Positions 1 through 15,000 of a stretch of DNA of 64,000 nucleotides are shown here, piece after piece; position 1 is the stretch's first letter; each line of letters begins with the position of its first letter. The notes beneath the pieces were generated by a model. The model ran no database searches, was not told where the DNA came from, and worked only from the letters and a program-made list of their open reading frames with translations. The stretch is taken from assembly GCA_003693705.1 (NCBI GenBank), contig RBZT01000499.1, positions 62,001 to 126,000 on the forward strand, written 5' to 3'. The DNA is from Polymyxa betae A26-41 (taxonomy: Eukaryota; Protista; Endomyxa: Phytomyxea). A program made the position numbers and the translations under genes.

Positions 1-3000
1 ACATTCCTCATTGGGATTGCCTGAATCCGTTTCTTGATCTTGACATAAGGTCCAGAGTTGGTCCCAGACAGTACTGAAATCACCTGAAACGACTTGGATC
101 AATAACGAGATAAATCGTATAAAAACAGATTCAAAGAACCAGAAACTGATAAATTCAATGATAAATTTGTGAAGGAGTCCTGACCTGGTCTACTATCATT
201 ACTGTGCCCAGGTAATTGAACAAATTTATGGTGATCGGTGGAATTTGTTGTTGTGATCGCTTTCCTGTAAGTTCCTCGTGGACAATACCTAGACAAGAGC
301 ACTTTCAGAAGCAAACGATATGGTTTTAGACGGAAGATACCGATTTGGTGGACATCGATAGAGATTTCGTAATGAATATGGTGTGCCTTCAACACAAATA
401 TAACCAGGTGGACATAAAAATTCAAACATAGATTCCACTGTCGTCTCGAATGGGCAAGCATAACCTTCTGGGCATTTCACATCAAACTGAATGGCTGGAT
501 ACGTTGACTGATCGCAAACATATCTGTGGTATCATTTAGGTCATAACCCTAAAACCCTAAATCTTTCTAACCCTTCAACACAACTAGATGCTTGCGACAG
601 ACTATACATGCCCACGACGCCACAAACTTTACCAGATGGACATGGGCTACATTGTGATTGATCTACCAGCCCTAACACATCCGACCACGTCCCTATGTAA
701 TCATGATCATCAGACGGTGGTGTGGACCAGTACGCCGTCCAAGGCAGCACGTACCCGGAGGACATGGTTCACAGTCGATGCCTTCACCCTGTGTTCTATA
801 ATATCCACGTGGACAAACAATGGGTCTAATCATGCCGAAATATGGACATCTGAACATGTCTCAGCTCAGATAAACAACCGGACGTGAATTTGATAACGAA
901 CGTGTATCCAGATGGGCACATGTGACAGATATTAACACCAAAATCTGCTGAGAAGCGACCAGGTGGGCAATCCAGTGGACGTAACATGCCAGATTGTGAT
1001 ACAAACTGGCCCGGAACTGCAGGAATCGGTGCAGACGAGCCCACGGGGCAATACGACCCAGGCGGGCAGAACCCAGACCCATAGGCGTCAGGTGATTCCT
1101 CGTGGCACCAGGTCCCTGCCATACACGCCTGTAATATCGGTCAATAGTGTCCAGGAAGCAGCTGGTGGTTCAGTATGACCTGAGGAGAGCTGAACTTCCA
1201 TAGTTGTACAACTGAGGTCTGGACCCCAGCAAGGCAGTAAGTTCCGGATGGACATGGTACAGCAAATCCATTCTGACAATAGAAACCAGATGGACATTCT
1301 TGTAGTTCATCTGATTGACCCATAGCATCACATAACAGACCTGATTAGACAATCTATTTAGGAACAATGTTCACATTAATGGTGGATTACTCAAGATATA
1401 CCATTAGCACAGGCAATTGGTTGAGCCATTCCAGCATATGGACAGATATATCCTCGTGGACATGTCTTACAGAAAGAAAGACCAAATGCATCAGAATATG
1501 TCCCCCTACAAACCAACATCAATTACTAAAACCTCAAAAATCAATATCTAACCTTGGACAAGCTATGGGGACAGCATTACCACGTCCTGGGCAGAAATGA
1601 CCTAAAGGACACAGCGACTGCATCGCACCGGTCGGCGAGGGACTGTACGACCCAGGCGGTATTCCAGGCCCTGATACAATTCGTGAACATCAGCTTAACA
1701 ATACAGCATTGGACGAACCTTCAGGACGGAAGTCACCCGAGACACAATTGGCTCCAAGCTGGCATGGCAATTCCAGACCAGGATAGGATCCTTCGAGGCA
1801 GTACGACCCATTGCCACATGGGACCGGGATATTCGATACTATATCGGTCTGATGTGGAACGATATCGGTTCGGAACCTTCCATCTAATGTCAGCTCTGAT
1901 AATGCTATCTGGAGTGACGTATTCCTATCACTATAAAAGGCACGTTAGAATAATGTCGACTATGTAAATACATGTCTTACTCGGTAGAGAACGTATTAAA
2001 ATTACATGTGTAACCAGGTGGACATCGTGATGTTGGAGATATAGCAGAAGGTGTCTGACAAACATAACCAGGAGGACATGATTGGGGAGATCGCGTTCCA
2101 TAATCAGGACATATAAATGGAATAGGACATGGTAGACATCGACTTTGTCCAGATTCTGGTTGATACTGGCCAGGTGGGCATAATGTGAAATTTCCGGTAC
2201 GACGACTATCCGGACATGCAGCTCCAGCAGGGCAATCGAATTGTAATTCTGTAAAGCAGACCTTCCCACGATGGCACTGTATCATTGCATTATATATCTA
2301 TAGACGTATAGTAGAGACTCATTACCTTGCTGTTAAACTGAAATCGCAACTTGAGAACCGGAGCGTTTGTTAATGAGATATGTATTCCCATAAATTGAAG
2401 GGATAAGGGAAATGCAGATCCAGGTGGGATTTGGCAGAGAATCAGTTGGCTTGACAGGAACATGGTAAATAACAGGACCTGTGTTTCAGCTACAATACAT
2501 TTGGTAAGATCTGACCTAAATACGCCAGGACCCTATATAAATAGATCAGTCCATATATGTAGATAATGTACCAACAGGTAATACCCGAATGAATACAGCT
2601 GTTGGGCGCTCAAATGTCCCGGTTCCTGGCAACAAATCGAACGCTGATATCGGAAAATGATACTCGTAGGTGACATTTGTCTGACGAGAATGCTGGCCTA
2701 AACCTTGGACGTACAGGCTCACAGGGACCACGCCTACAAGATCAATTAAAAAAAAACTGTTTCAAGCTTATAGAGTAGAGCTGACCTGGCCCGTCAGCTT
2801 GCGGGCTAATACAGAATCCGGTTGTGGTGTTCCTGAGGGTGAATGTAGCAACCTGTTGTGATGTGCCAAACTGACACAGAATTTGAGTATTAGTATTGAT
2901 ATTAAGTGGTGTTGTGAGATGAATGTTAACGAAAGTGCCACCGGTGATCGGGCCTAAAGTTGGCCAGATTGATGCGATGATGGGAACATCCCACCACCAT

Positions 3001-6000
3001 ATTCTTTAGAGATAATTAGTCGCATAACAGCACGATATGGTAATACAACATACAAGAAATTGGTATCCATGAAATTCTGTTCATTTAGGCTGAGTGATAA
3101 TCTGTATGACCCTGGTGACATTATTGAAGGTGACGGACAGATGATTGTTGAATCTGATTTGAACGTCGCATTTGTAGCTGTTGTCAAGTTAAATCGACAG
3201 ATAACAGAGTAGGGAATTGCTGTGTTTGTAAGAGGGTATAGACCTGAGCCACGAATAACAAGATCGGGCCCAGCAATATCTGTGTAAAAGAGAGAAGGAG
3301 ATATCGATCTCACAACAGGATCATTCGTGTAGATAAACGTCAATGGTGCGGTTGCTGTTTTCGATCCTGAACAAAGTCAATCATGAACAGGAAAAAAATC
3401 GCCACGTTTTTACCAAGATATTCGATATTGAACTGAGCCGTTTGCGACGTTGATGGTGATGGAATTGGGAATTTGGGCGATATGCAGGTGAGCAGCGATG
3501 TGGAGACAAATGTAGCTGGGACTAAGGTTGGCTTCGAATGAGGAGCGGTAAAGCTGCAGCATAAACGTGATCGATTCTGAAATCGATATCCATGGACATA
3601 AAGTAAGGTTTGGCCCGCTACTGGACCATGATCGGGTGAAATACTGAACAATGTGAACGCCTCATCCAGCAGAAGAGTGAAGGTTAGATTGGTGGTAAAT
3701 GTTAAGCCGTCATTGCTTATATAAATCTGATAATCACCAGCAGGCAGATCAGGTCGGTCGCAGGTCGTCAATGTCGGTGATAATGGACGACCAGGAACGT
3801 CGAACATTTGAAGCTGTTTTGGATTCAGAAATCGGCAGACTGATTGCATACCCATGAATATGTCAGATCCTGAACAAACCAATGTGTAAACGTTTCAAAC
3901 TTGAGACGCCATGCCTACCTTCGATATAAATTGTTTGACGAGAAGCGACCGAGCCGGTAAGCGGATAAACATTGTTAATGGTGGCGTTAGCTAACAGATT
4001 TACCTCACCAAGGCCGCTGCTGATCACATTATTGGAGATTTGAAGGCCGATTAATGACGTTTTTGAAACACCGGAACCTAAATTCCAAAATAAATACGGT
4101 CATCTGGAGCTTCAACAAAACTCTTACCCGGGATACTGCAATTAACTGTTGAATTGGAGATGATATCACCAGCGACTCTACTCAGCTGCCCGTTCAGAGC
4201 GAACACACACGATATCGGTTGGGAGATATCCAGATTATGCTTAGAGACAACAGAAACAAATTGATTGGAATTGTAAACAATGGCGTTGGGGTGAACCGTT
4301 TCAACGTCAAAATCGACATAACTGAAGACAAATGACTTTGAATGTAAGCGCTGTTCACCTGAAGAGATTCAACACTCAAAGAACAGCATTTAATCAGTAT
4401 ACAGACCATATCGATTGGTTAAAAGAATCTGTAGCGTGACATCATGATGATGTCGTAAAGGTGGACTGATACAGACAACAGAACCAATTTCAGATGTTGC
4501 CTGATAAAGGACTGAGTATGTATCGATGATATTGACAGATGAGAACTGGCAGGATGTAATCGAATATGCATCATTGATATTGAATACACTGATATTAACT
4601 GCAGTGCCACCAGAAGATGGACCCCATAATGGCGAGGCATCCAACAGGTCAATCGATTCTGCACTAATTGCTATCGTCAATGGATTCGATGTGACCGAAT
4701 CCTGGACGATCTGCAGTGAGGAATTGCCCAGAGGTTTCTCGGGGACTTGACATTCAATCGAGTTCAGCGATCGGAAGATTGCTTTAGATGTGATCGATGA
4801 GCCGAATTGACACCTTGTTGTAGATGCAGATAGTAGTAGCCCAGTTGCAGTTATCGTTAATGTATCACCTGGAATAGGATAATATGGACGAGCACTACAA
4901 AATGAGGTTCAGTTTCTGATCTTGATAAAAAAAATTAAGATTACCTTGTTAATACAATATTGTTGTGATACGAGAAGGCATTAGACAGCGAGCTGATAGT
5001 AACATTGCTTGATGCATCTCGTAGACTGACAGTAACAATGCCAGCAGGTCGGATAGGAGCCTGACATGAGCAGTGAGTCGGAGATTCAAATGAACAGGCT
5101 CCTGCGAGAGAATTGCCAAAAAAGCAGAATATTCCATCATAGAATCCAGATCCATAGAAATGGACGGTTGTCGGTGCAGCTGATGACGATAATGTTGGTA
5201 AGATGTAGCTCAGAACTGTTACAAATCGTGATAGAAGTAGAGATTCTTGAGAGAAAGATTGTTGGTTGTCCAATGAGACAGTCACTAATGAGGATGATGT
5301 CAAGCTATCAACAGCTGGACACGTTAGCATCGTGGAATTTAACACAGTTGCAGGAGTCAGTAAGTCGTCAAATTTACAGAACGGATTGGCTTGGTAAAAT
5401 CCGGATCCAATGACGGTTATTACAGCTGAAAACGTTCTGTCAAGGAATTGTGGCAGCCTGGAAGGATGTAACAATGATATTGTTGGTCGTCCAGCCAGCA
5501 CATTCAGGGACAGCGAGTTTGACAAATCCACTTTGTTATTGGTGATGGCGACTAATACAGACCCTACCGAAGCATTTGAAGGAATCTGACAACGAACCAC
5601 TGACGAGCTTAAAAAGGTTACTTTTGATACGACACCATTAAACGCACAGAAGAGCGAAGGAGAATTAATGAAGTTGCTACCGCGAATTGTGATATGTTGC
5701 TGTCGAGCTGCATGATTTGGAGATACAGATATCAACACTATTTGGGGATAAAATCGAAATGCGAAAGGTCGCAAATAGTCAGTTAATACGACGTAGGCAC
5801 TTTGAGCTGAGCTGACAGGGGACAGACACGTAAATTGTTTGTTTGAAATTCGCTGCAGAGCAGAGCTTGCAAATGCAAGTGATGTCAAGCTGCTGTAGAA
5901 AGAGCAGCTACCGGTAAAACCGGGTGAAGCTTGATATCCGGAAACTGTCAAAATTGTTCCACCTAAAGAAAAAAACACTCAGACAAACGTTTAAAACACA

Positions 6001-9000
6001 AAAATTTTTGTGGAACCTTGCAAGGGCGCCATGTTTGGGCTCAGCGATACCAAAGGTGACACTGGCAGAATGCGATATTGAAGCGTCTTTGCTACGAACA
6101 GCGAATTGTCGGGATTCAATAAACGCAGCGATAAATTGCCAGCTGTGCTAGAGTAGGTCTGACATTTCAGCATCGTGGTGTTGAAAGTGATGGCACTTGT
6201 TATTAATGTGCTATTCCATTCGCATCGTAGACCCGATGAAAAAGATGCTCCTGATACAGTGACGAAGGCGATTTGAGTTTGTACGATCGGAGCCGCTGAG
6301 AAAGTTCTGGTTATATCCGATAGGGAACGAGTAACTGTGGCATTGTAAATAGTGATGCCAGATATCTGTAATTGTATAATAAAATGCCTCGATACAGCGC
6401 ATGACGGAATTGGACATTCTAAGTTAGACAAGTCGGATATAACAGAGATGGTTTGTTGAGCTCGTGATGGGAAATCGATTGGAAGGATGCTACAAGAGGC
6501 ATTTAGGCCCTGAGCGAAACCCGAACCAGTAAATCGCATTCTATCAGGCGCGGAACATTCAAGCGACGAAGCAGAAATTGAAGAGACCTGTGGAACAGGA
6601 ACAACGGCTAAGTTTGAATAGAACAGGCTTGTTGAGGTCAAGTCAACTAATCGGAAAGAAATTACAGAAATGCTCAATTTCGGTGTTGTGCATGATCCAC
6701 TTGAATCCGAAAGTCTGACAAAATCGGTCTTGGTTTGATTGAAGTAACAAGCAGTTGGAGCTGCAGATGGATTAAACCGCACGCTAATGACAGACACAGT
6801 GTTCTTAAGAATAACGACCGGATAAACAGAGGTGATAATGGACTTAGGTAGTCCAATGCTCAGCGATCGCGAGTAGAAAATTTGTCCATTAATCAAAACG
6901 TCAACTTGAGCCGATTCGCCATCGAAACCTATAAGTTTTAGTCAGAGCGATACTTAATGAGTGGTTTTGGCATGTACCTGTATTTGAGTTAAGAGAACAG
7001 GTTGCCAAATTTGAGTTGATGATAGTCGCTGGCGTAATAATATGTGACAGAGGAGGGCGAAATAGCTTGCAAGCAATTGTTGGGATGCTCCGAAAACCAT
7101 TTCCGTTGATAGTGATAACCCCTCCAGATGAAGAGAGATTGACTGCTTTAACAGAAACTTCATTGAAGACGTTGAATGTGACAGAATTGAGAGAGTACAA
7201 AGAGTTGTCTAAATCTAGAGAAACGTTTATGTACGCCGATGGTGTATCGGATACAGGGGGAAGTGAGCAATGCAGGAATGTGGAATTGATGACAATCGCT
7301 GGTGAACGCGTAATGGATGTTGTCATTCCTCTGTATTTGCAGAACAGTTGCCCATGAAGCCCTAGTGATGGCGAAACAGAAAGTAATACAGCGTCAGTCG
7401 AAGAAACTACCGATGGACTTGCTTTTGTTAAGTAGACCGGAGGAACAGCTTCGATTATCATAGCATTGGAATTAAGGGGAGCAGACTGAATCGACAGCAT
7501 TCGATTGGAAGACCGGATAGCAGGGGATAAAGTCAATACAGCCTTAGTTGAATTTGAAATGGATAGATTATTCTGAGACAGAGCGACTCCATTGACATGG
7601 AAGACGGTTGACGAAGAGAAAGAGCGACCCAAAACGGTCACAATCCAAGAGGCCTCAGTCGAAACAACGCCATAAAGCGGTGTGACATTTAAGATCTGCG
7701 GTGCAGCAATTAACGATAAAATTACAGAAGATGATTCTCCGGCAGAGTTCGAAACTGGTAATACTGAAACAGGAATAGAGCTGTGACCAGCAAACACTGA
7801 AGAAGTAAAGTTGCAGAGTAATTGGTTAGATGAGACATAAATGTTGCTTGTGCTCACGAAAGTACCATTGAATACGCAAGCCGAGGAAGTTGTGAACCCT
7901 TTTCCATAAATCGTCAACAATCTATCCTGCATTAAGATACCATTAGCAGGAGAAACGGAGACAACAGATGGAACAAATGATATCGGAAGCAGGTACTGAG
8001 AAGAGGAAGTAACTCCTAAATCGTTAGACACGCTAAGGTAGATACTAGCAGAGCTGCATTGCAACGTCGTGATCGTGCAAGTTACATGCTGCGAAGAGAT
8101 TACCGTTGCTGGAAATAGCATTTTGCCACCGGAACAGGTTAGTATACACATCGAGCTGCTTGATGAAAAGAAATTGGAGCCGAAGACGTGTAAACGGAAA
8201 GGAATTTGGTCCAGGTTGAACATTGCTGATGAAATATAACTGATTGTCGCAACAGATGGTAAAAGCTGGATTAATTGAGGAGTTGAAGATAAAAATCGCC
8301 CAGTCGAATCAACGATCTCCACCATGATCTTTCGCTGACCAGAATAATATGCCGATAATGGCAGACTACATGACAGCGATGTCTTCTGTATTAATGTGGG
8401 TTTGACTATCAGCGAATTATTCCTATCAAATCGACAGACGGAAGAAGATGAAAATCCGGTTCCAGAAATCGATACGGTTGTAGTAGGCAATGTCATTATT
8501 TGTGGAAAAACAGATTGGATGAAGGTCAATGGTTGGATTGCGACGAAGATTTGGCTATCCAGCACAATCCAGTTATTTAAAATCACAGAAACATTGGTTT
8601 TCTCAAGAACAGTAATGTATCCACAGTCAACAGTTGTGGAATTGAGCAGCATTGCAGAGTAAGTAATGCCATCGAATAGGCATGCAACACTTGAAATTGA
8701 AATATTCGGTTCAGTTGATAAACCGATCAAATAACGAACAGAGACGCCCCGGGTAATAAGCGAAGGTTGCACAAAAACTGGAGCTGGAAATGAGTGCGAG
8801 TACACAAATGAAGTGCTTTGAAGTTGAAATTGACTGTATGATAGACCGTCATCTGCTGATAGCGATAGCGATAAGGGAGCAGACTTTAAAGCTGTCAGAG
8901 AATTGAATTTGCAAACGGCCACTGTAGCAGACAGTATCAATGCTCGGCTCATGAAAACATCATTGACTTTGCACAACAAAATTTGAGATGAGGGAAATTG

Positions 9001-12000
9001 GACACCAACGACGGTTATCAGATTAACATTGGGGCTGTCAATGGAAGTATTCAGTACTATCGGAGCAGTAGAAGAAACGAAGCTCGTTTGAGAAAACGAA
9101 ATCCCATTGGAGTCTTGAATCTGGATAGTTCCACCAATCCTACTAGCCGAGCCATTAAAGGAGCAAAAAATGGTGCTGTGGGAGACATTAAAAGTAGGCA
9201 TCAGATGGCCGTTAATAACGCAGAAAGAGTTCGCTCTGAATCGTCCACCAGAAACCGAAAATACTGTGTCGGTTACATTTGACTGGACAATCGTCGGTGA
9301 CGATTTTTCAATGTAAGCATTCTGGATAAAGGTAATAATGGCCCAATGACCATCTTCCACTTGGTTATCGACAACAACAGTGACGACAGCTTCGTCAGAG
9401 AATGTTGACGGTAACGTACAAAATCCAGCTGAGCTATTTACGATCGATGCCGGAAGCGGTTCCCAACTGCCCTTTACAATTAGACAGCTGATTTCAGGGA
9501 AACAATATCTACCGACCCGTTGATAAGACAGAATACGTCTCCACTTGTTAGCGAAGTACCACTAAACGTCAATGTGAAATTATCAGCAGAGAACGGAGCA
9601 TTAAACCTATACATTAGTCAAAAAATTTCAAAGGTCGCGAAACGAAAGTGTCATACGTTGAACTCAGCGAGACGGATTGATATACTGGATTTGTGTAATT
9701 GATGATATTGCTAAGAGATAATCATTATCAGCACAGTGGCAAAGCGTTGTCTCTACCTCTGAGAAATTGACATTGACATCGGTACAAAAGAAGATAAGAC
9801 TTTCTGCGGACAGGATACTGAGCTCGTGGAAGTGTATTCTGCCAACTCAGTCGATCCGTCTTGGTAATAGCACAAACTGGAGACTGTATTCGAAAAGTTG
9901 GCTCCTTGTACAATAATATGGTTACGCTATGAGGTATCAGAACAAACTGTGAAATGACAAAATCGCGATTAACTTTAGGAGTAGCTTCGAACAGGACCGG
10001 AATTTTTGCAGTTCGAATGTCGTTTTCAAACAAAACGAGAACATTTGGCAGCCCTGAGGGTACAGCCTCAAATACGATACGAGAGTCCCTCATAGTATAC
10101 GGGATCTGTGAAAGGAAGCTTAAATGAACGTAATGCAGCAAGCGCATCTTGATTACCAAGCAAACGCAGGTAGTACTTGCATCGCATGTTGCAATAGAAA
10201 ATTCAGATAATAATGTGTCTCGCAATGTAAAACGGCACCCTGATGCCAATGATGGTAACAATCCATTCATAATTGTGAAATTGACTTCAGAAATGATGAT
10301 AGGGTTATTCAATTTAACACTCATAGAAGAGCCATAATCCACTCTAGATCGAACTTATTTAACTAAAACAGAACTGTGGTTACAGCTTCATACCTCGGTA
10401 AAGACACCTCTGAGGTTGTCAGCGTCACATTTTTCACAGAGCAGCTAACAGAAAGTCTAGTTAACCCCAGAGACTCACTCAGACCTGGTAATGAGCACAG
10501 AATTGAGGAAGAATTTACAACAGTTGCTGATTTAGCCCAATATGACTCAAATAGACATTCGCATGCAGATGTTGCCAGATTATCATAAACTGATCCGAAG
10601 TTGCCAATGATGACGGAAATATAATCGTGAGAAGACAACTGCCAAGAGAGGGAAACACTTTGAATTTGAATGCTGTTGATTACCTCGATCATGACAGGTT
10701 CTGGGCTTACAACGGATACCTCGTTGTTGGCAGTGATACCAATCTAGCTTCTTGTCAATATGACCCATATATAGAGAGAAATGATTTCCAACCTCCAGCG
10801 ATACATTCGAGCTAGTTGCCTTCAAAAGAAAATCATTCAGTTCGCAGGAAAGCGACGTATTCGACATAACAGAGGCAGGAATGACGTAAGTTGAATCAAG
10901 AACACACAACAATTGATCAGGAAAAAGAAAAGAAGATCCATAAACAGTGACAGCTGGATTGACGGAAGAAGCTGAAATCGTTGATGGGTAAACCGACTTA
11001 AGATCTGCCGACATCCAGTCATGAGACCATCCGAATAGATAGCAAAAATTACCTAAATCAACAAAGGTAAACGCAGCGGTAGTTGGAACAAACTTGGCGG
11101 GAACGATGGTAGAAACTGAGAAGTAATATGTTCCTATTAGAAATTGATTCGCGGGAATTGAAACTGTGATTGATTCCGAAGATAAGATATTGATGTTAGA
11201 AAGAAGAACACCTCCCAGTTTCAAATTGGTGTCGTGAGTGAAGCCACTTCCAGATAATGTAACAGAGGTTTGTGATGAGGTCAGACTGGAAACGTTTGGA
11301 TAACCCTAAGAATAGTGAGCAAAAAATTAAGAATTGCGACATGTTTACATGAATGATGGAAGGTTGTTCTTGGATATAAAGATTGACAAAATTGGACAGG
11401 AAGTTACCAGTAGCGATCTTTACTTCATTGGCTCCAAACCATCCTATTGAGCCAGGAACATTAGCAGAAACCAGACTGGGGTTAGTATTCGTCAGTAGAG
11501 ACTGCCTGATAAGGAGCGAAGAGGAAGAATTGCCCAATCCAGAACCAAGGATCGATAGAGAATTATTGGAACCAGATGCATATAAAATGTTGGGAGAGAG
11601 ACCATAAATCGATGTTCGTATTGGAGATGGGATGGAGATGCTATAGCGGGAAGCAGAAACAACATCAAATTGATCAGAAAGAGTAACAAACGATGCTTTA
11701 AACAAGGGATCAGGTGTTTGACACCATGATGTAGAGCTGTTGATCCATATTGCCACCGATTCCACAGTGGAATAACCGTCACCTGTAAATTAAATCAACT
11801 ACCATCAGTTGTTTCAGTTAAAACACAAACCAAAAGCACAGGTTAATCTAGGAGAGTTACGCAGGCCTCGTCCAGAAACATATAATGCTTGAGCCGGCAC
11901 ATCCAGACGAATGGACAAGATAAAGTTATTATCAAAGAAAACCACCAAGGGCAGCGAGTGCCTGGGGTCTTCAGAAACCGAGTTTGAAATTCCGAAAGAC

Positions 12001-15000
12001 ACAATTCCTGTTTGAGGGGTTAACAACAAGAATACTTTAGCGCTGTGTGATAGACCTAATGGCAACTTTTGTGGAACTGGGCATACCATGCTAGTTGGTG
12101 TGACCAAGTCAGGAGAGCTCATTAAACTTCCAAATCGGCAAACTGGTTCAAGAGCCGTATCGAATCGCCTAAATAACATCAACACAGAATAACTCAAAAC
12201 ACAGAAGACAGACCCAGAAACGGTAATCATGTTATTAGTGCTATTGGAAATAGCATTAGATGACAGACTTGACATTTGAGCTGTTCTAGCAATGGCGATG
12301 TCAAATGTGAGATAAGAATGTAAATCATCAACAAGATCAACAGTGACAGAAGGCGAGGATACTTGCAGAGGAGGTATTGGACAGACAACAAGTGTATCAT
12401 TATTGAAAAACGATTTGAGTATAACGTGAGTATCGAAGACACAGAAAAACGCTCCAAATGGCTGCAAACGCGTTCCTAATCAATAATGAGCACTTCTCAG
12501 CCAAAAACCATTGTCAAAGTCACCATGAAAAGAAACAGAAGCTGATTCGATTGACAGTTCAGAAATGACGCGGGGTTGAAGCTCCTCAATTAGCGCTGAG
12601 CGGAAAGTCGGCAGATCAAAACTATTCGATGAATATAATACGCCTTGCAGATTATCCCTCAAAACAACCTGAAGAAAGAAATCAGTTCAACAGAAAAATC
12701 ACTTGAATGTAATCTTACAGAGACTATCGAATATGGAGCTAAATTTGGAGGAGACAAACAAAGAATTTCTGTTTTAGAAATCCATACAGTGTTTGACAAA
12801 AATGACGATGTGGTGTTGCTGTACAGGCATTTATAAAACCAGGATTTTCCAGCATTAATCCCAAACCCAGAACCAAAGAGCTTCAGTGCTCGGCGAGATC
12901 CAGCTGATGTTTCGGTCAGCATCGGCTTGACAGATGATATTGTAGGAATGTTCACATAATCGAACAAGATGTGCCCAGAAGTTACGTTCCGGTTATCATA
13001 CAATAACTGAATAGTAACTGTAGCTGGAGAGGCATATTGAAGAGTTTGACAGATGAGCGCGGTTGACGACAAAAAATTGCAATGGCCTCTTCCAGCGCCA
13101 ATTCCAATTGTCATGTTCTGAAGGAATCCACTGCCTGAAATGGTAATAGATGCGCCTCCCGCAAGCAAGCCGAATTTGGGGATTATATCAGAAATCTGTG
13201 GGTCTTGTTTAACGATAAACTCTCCAGTATACGACACATTCATATTCGAAGCTAAGGTAACCTGAAGACTGTCGATATAATTAATCGGCAGAGGAGGAGC
13301 AACACAAGTTAAGGTCGTAGAATTGACAAATGCCGAAACGGCTGTGAATGCACCGAAAGTACAAGCAGCCTGATAAATGCTGTTGAAATCTTTCCCAGAA
13401 ATTGTGATGACCTGTCCACCGCTTTCGAAGCTCCATCGAGGGTAGAATGACACAATTTCAGGCAGGTTGATGGTTTGAGAAAGGACAAGCGAATCTAGGG
13501 TTTGGTTAGCAATTTTTCAGATGAGTACCGATATAATTACTCAAGCTAAATGCAGCTCCATCGTTTGACACCCTCACAGTAATGTTATTTCTTGTTGAAA
13601 TACCAGGTGTACGGCATTCAATAGCAGAACCATTTAGAAAATGAGCTTTCACTATGGATTGGCCAAATCGACATGACAGGTTCGGCGCATTCGTGAAGAA
13701 GGAGCCCAGAACCAATAACGTTTCGTTTCCCGGAATTCCAGTAACAACAGGCATCATCTAAATCATGTTAAAAATCAATCCGGAGACACACCAACAAACG
13801 CTTACTGATTTAAGAATGGGTCTCATATAAATTTCCACGAGTGCAGAGAGCTGATTCGTATAGACTGCATCATAATCAGCAACATAGAGCTGAGCTACTC
13901 CTGCAGTTAAATTGGGAAAGTTGCAAACTGTATAGGATGAAGTCCATATTGAAGACCTAACAGTAACATCCCCCATTCGACAGAGCGGACGCTGCGACAG
14001 TACAGGAAAATTACCAGACACGTTGAAGGTAAATAGATTCAAGTCGGATACAGATACGAGATGGACATCAATCAAAGACGGTCTTGGTACAACGGCAAGC
14101 GTTTTGAAAAGAGGAACGATATCGGTCCCCATGAAGATAGAAAATGAGTAGTTACCACTTGGAAGATGAGGGAACACACAGCACATTTGAGTGTTGTTAA
14201 GAAAAGAAACCTTAAGTATGACATCGCCTACTTTGCATCTTGGCGATATGAGCTGTGAGAATCCACTTCCGATCACGGTAACAGAGGCTTTGTAGATTTC
14301 GTTTTACTAAATGAGCAACAAGCAATGCAGCAAAAGTTCTTACCTGAAATTTGTTCATAAAGCTGAAGAGGCCATACATAGGATACAGTTGGAGGAGTGA
14401 TATAGCGAAAGTAAAGAACCTGGTCAGAGAAATCCCATCCGTTTTGTGAAAATTTCACAGGAAGGGTATCGTTGCTTCCAAATGATGGAGTTACGAATGT
14501 AATCTGATTGCTATCTGCAAATTGAGCGACCCAGAAACAGCATAGTACAAACGAACCTGGAAGTAAAAACGGGTTCCACACTCTGGTCACCAAGAGTAAC
14601 TCTCATGCGAGCGAGATTCCTGAAATTGGAGCCAATCATGGTTACGGTTGTGTTGCCGAAAGTGAACCCAGTGGATGGGATCAAGCTATTGACATCGACT
14701 GCCTCGTATATTGTGAAGGTTAACCGGGTGCTTAAAAACAAGTTGAGATCAATAGGATCGCTCACATATATTGGTAACTCTTCAAAACCTATTTAAGCAG
14801 CTTAAAGGTTGCCCACGAACCGGAAATATCAATACCATTGGAAGGAGAGTATGCAGGAGTATTCAAGAGTATCGTCGTAGAATTGATAATGATCGGTACG
14901 ACAGTGAAGCTTGTTAAACCTTGACCAAACCGAATAGTGGATATCACATCGGCTCTAAAACGGGACCCTTTTATGTACAAAGTAGACGTCCCATTTGATG

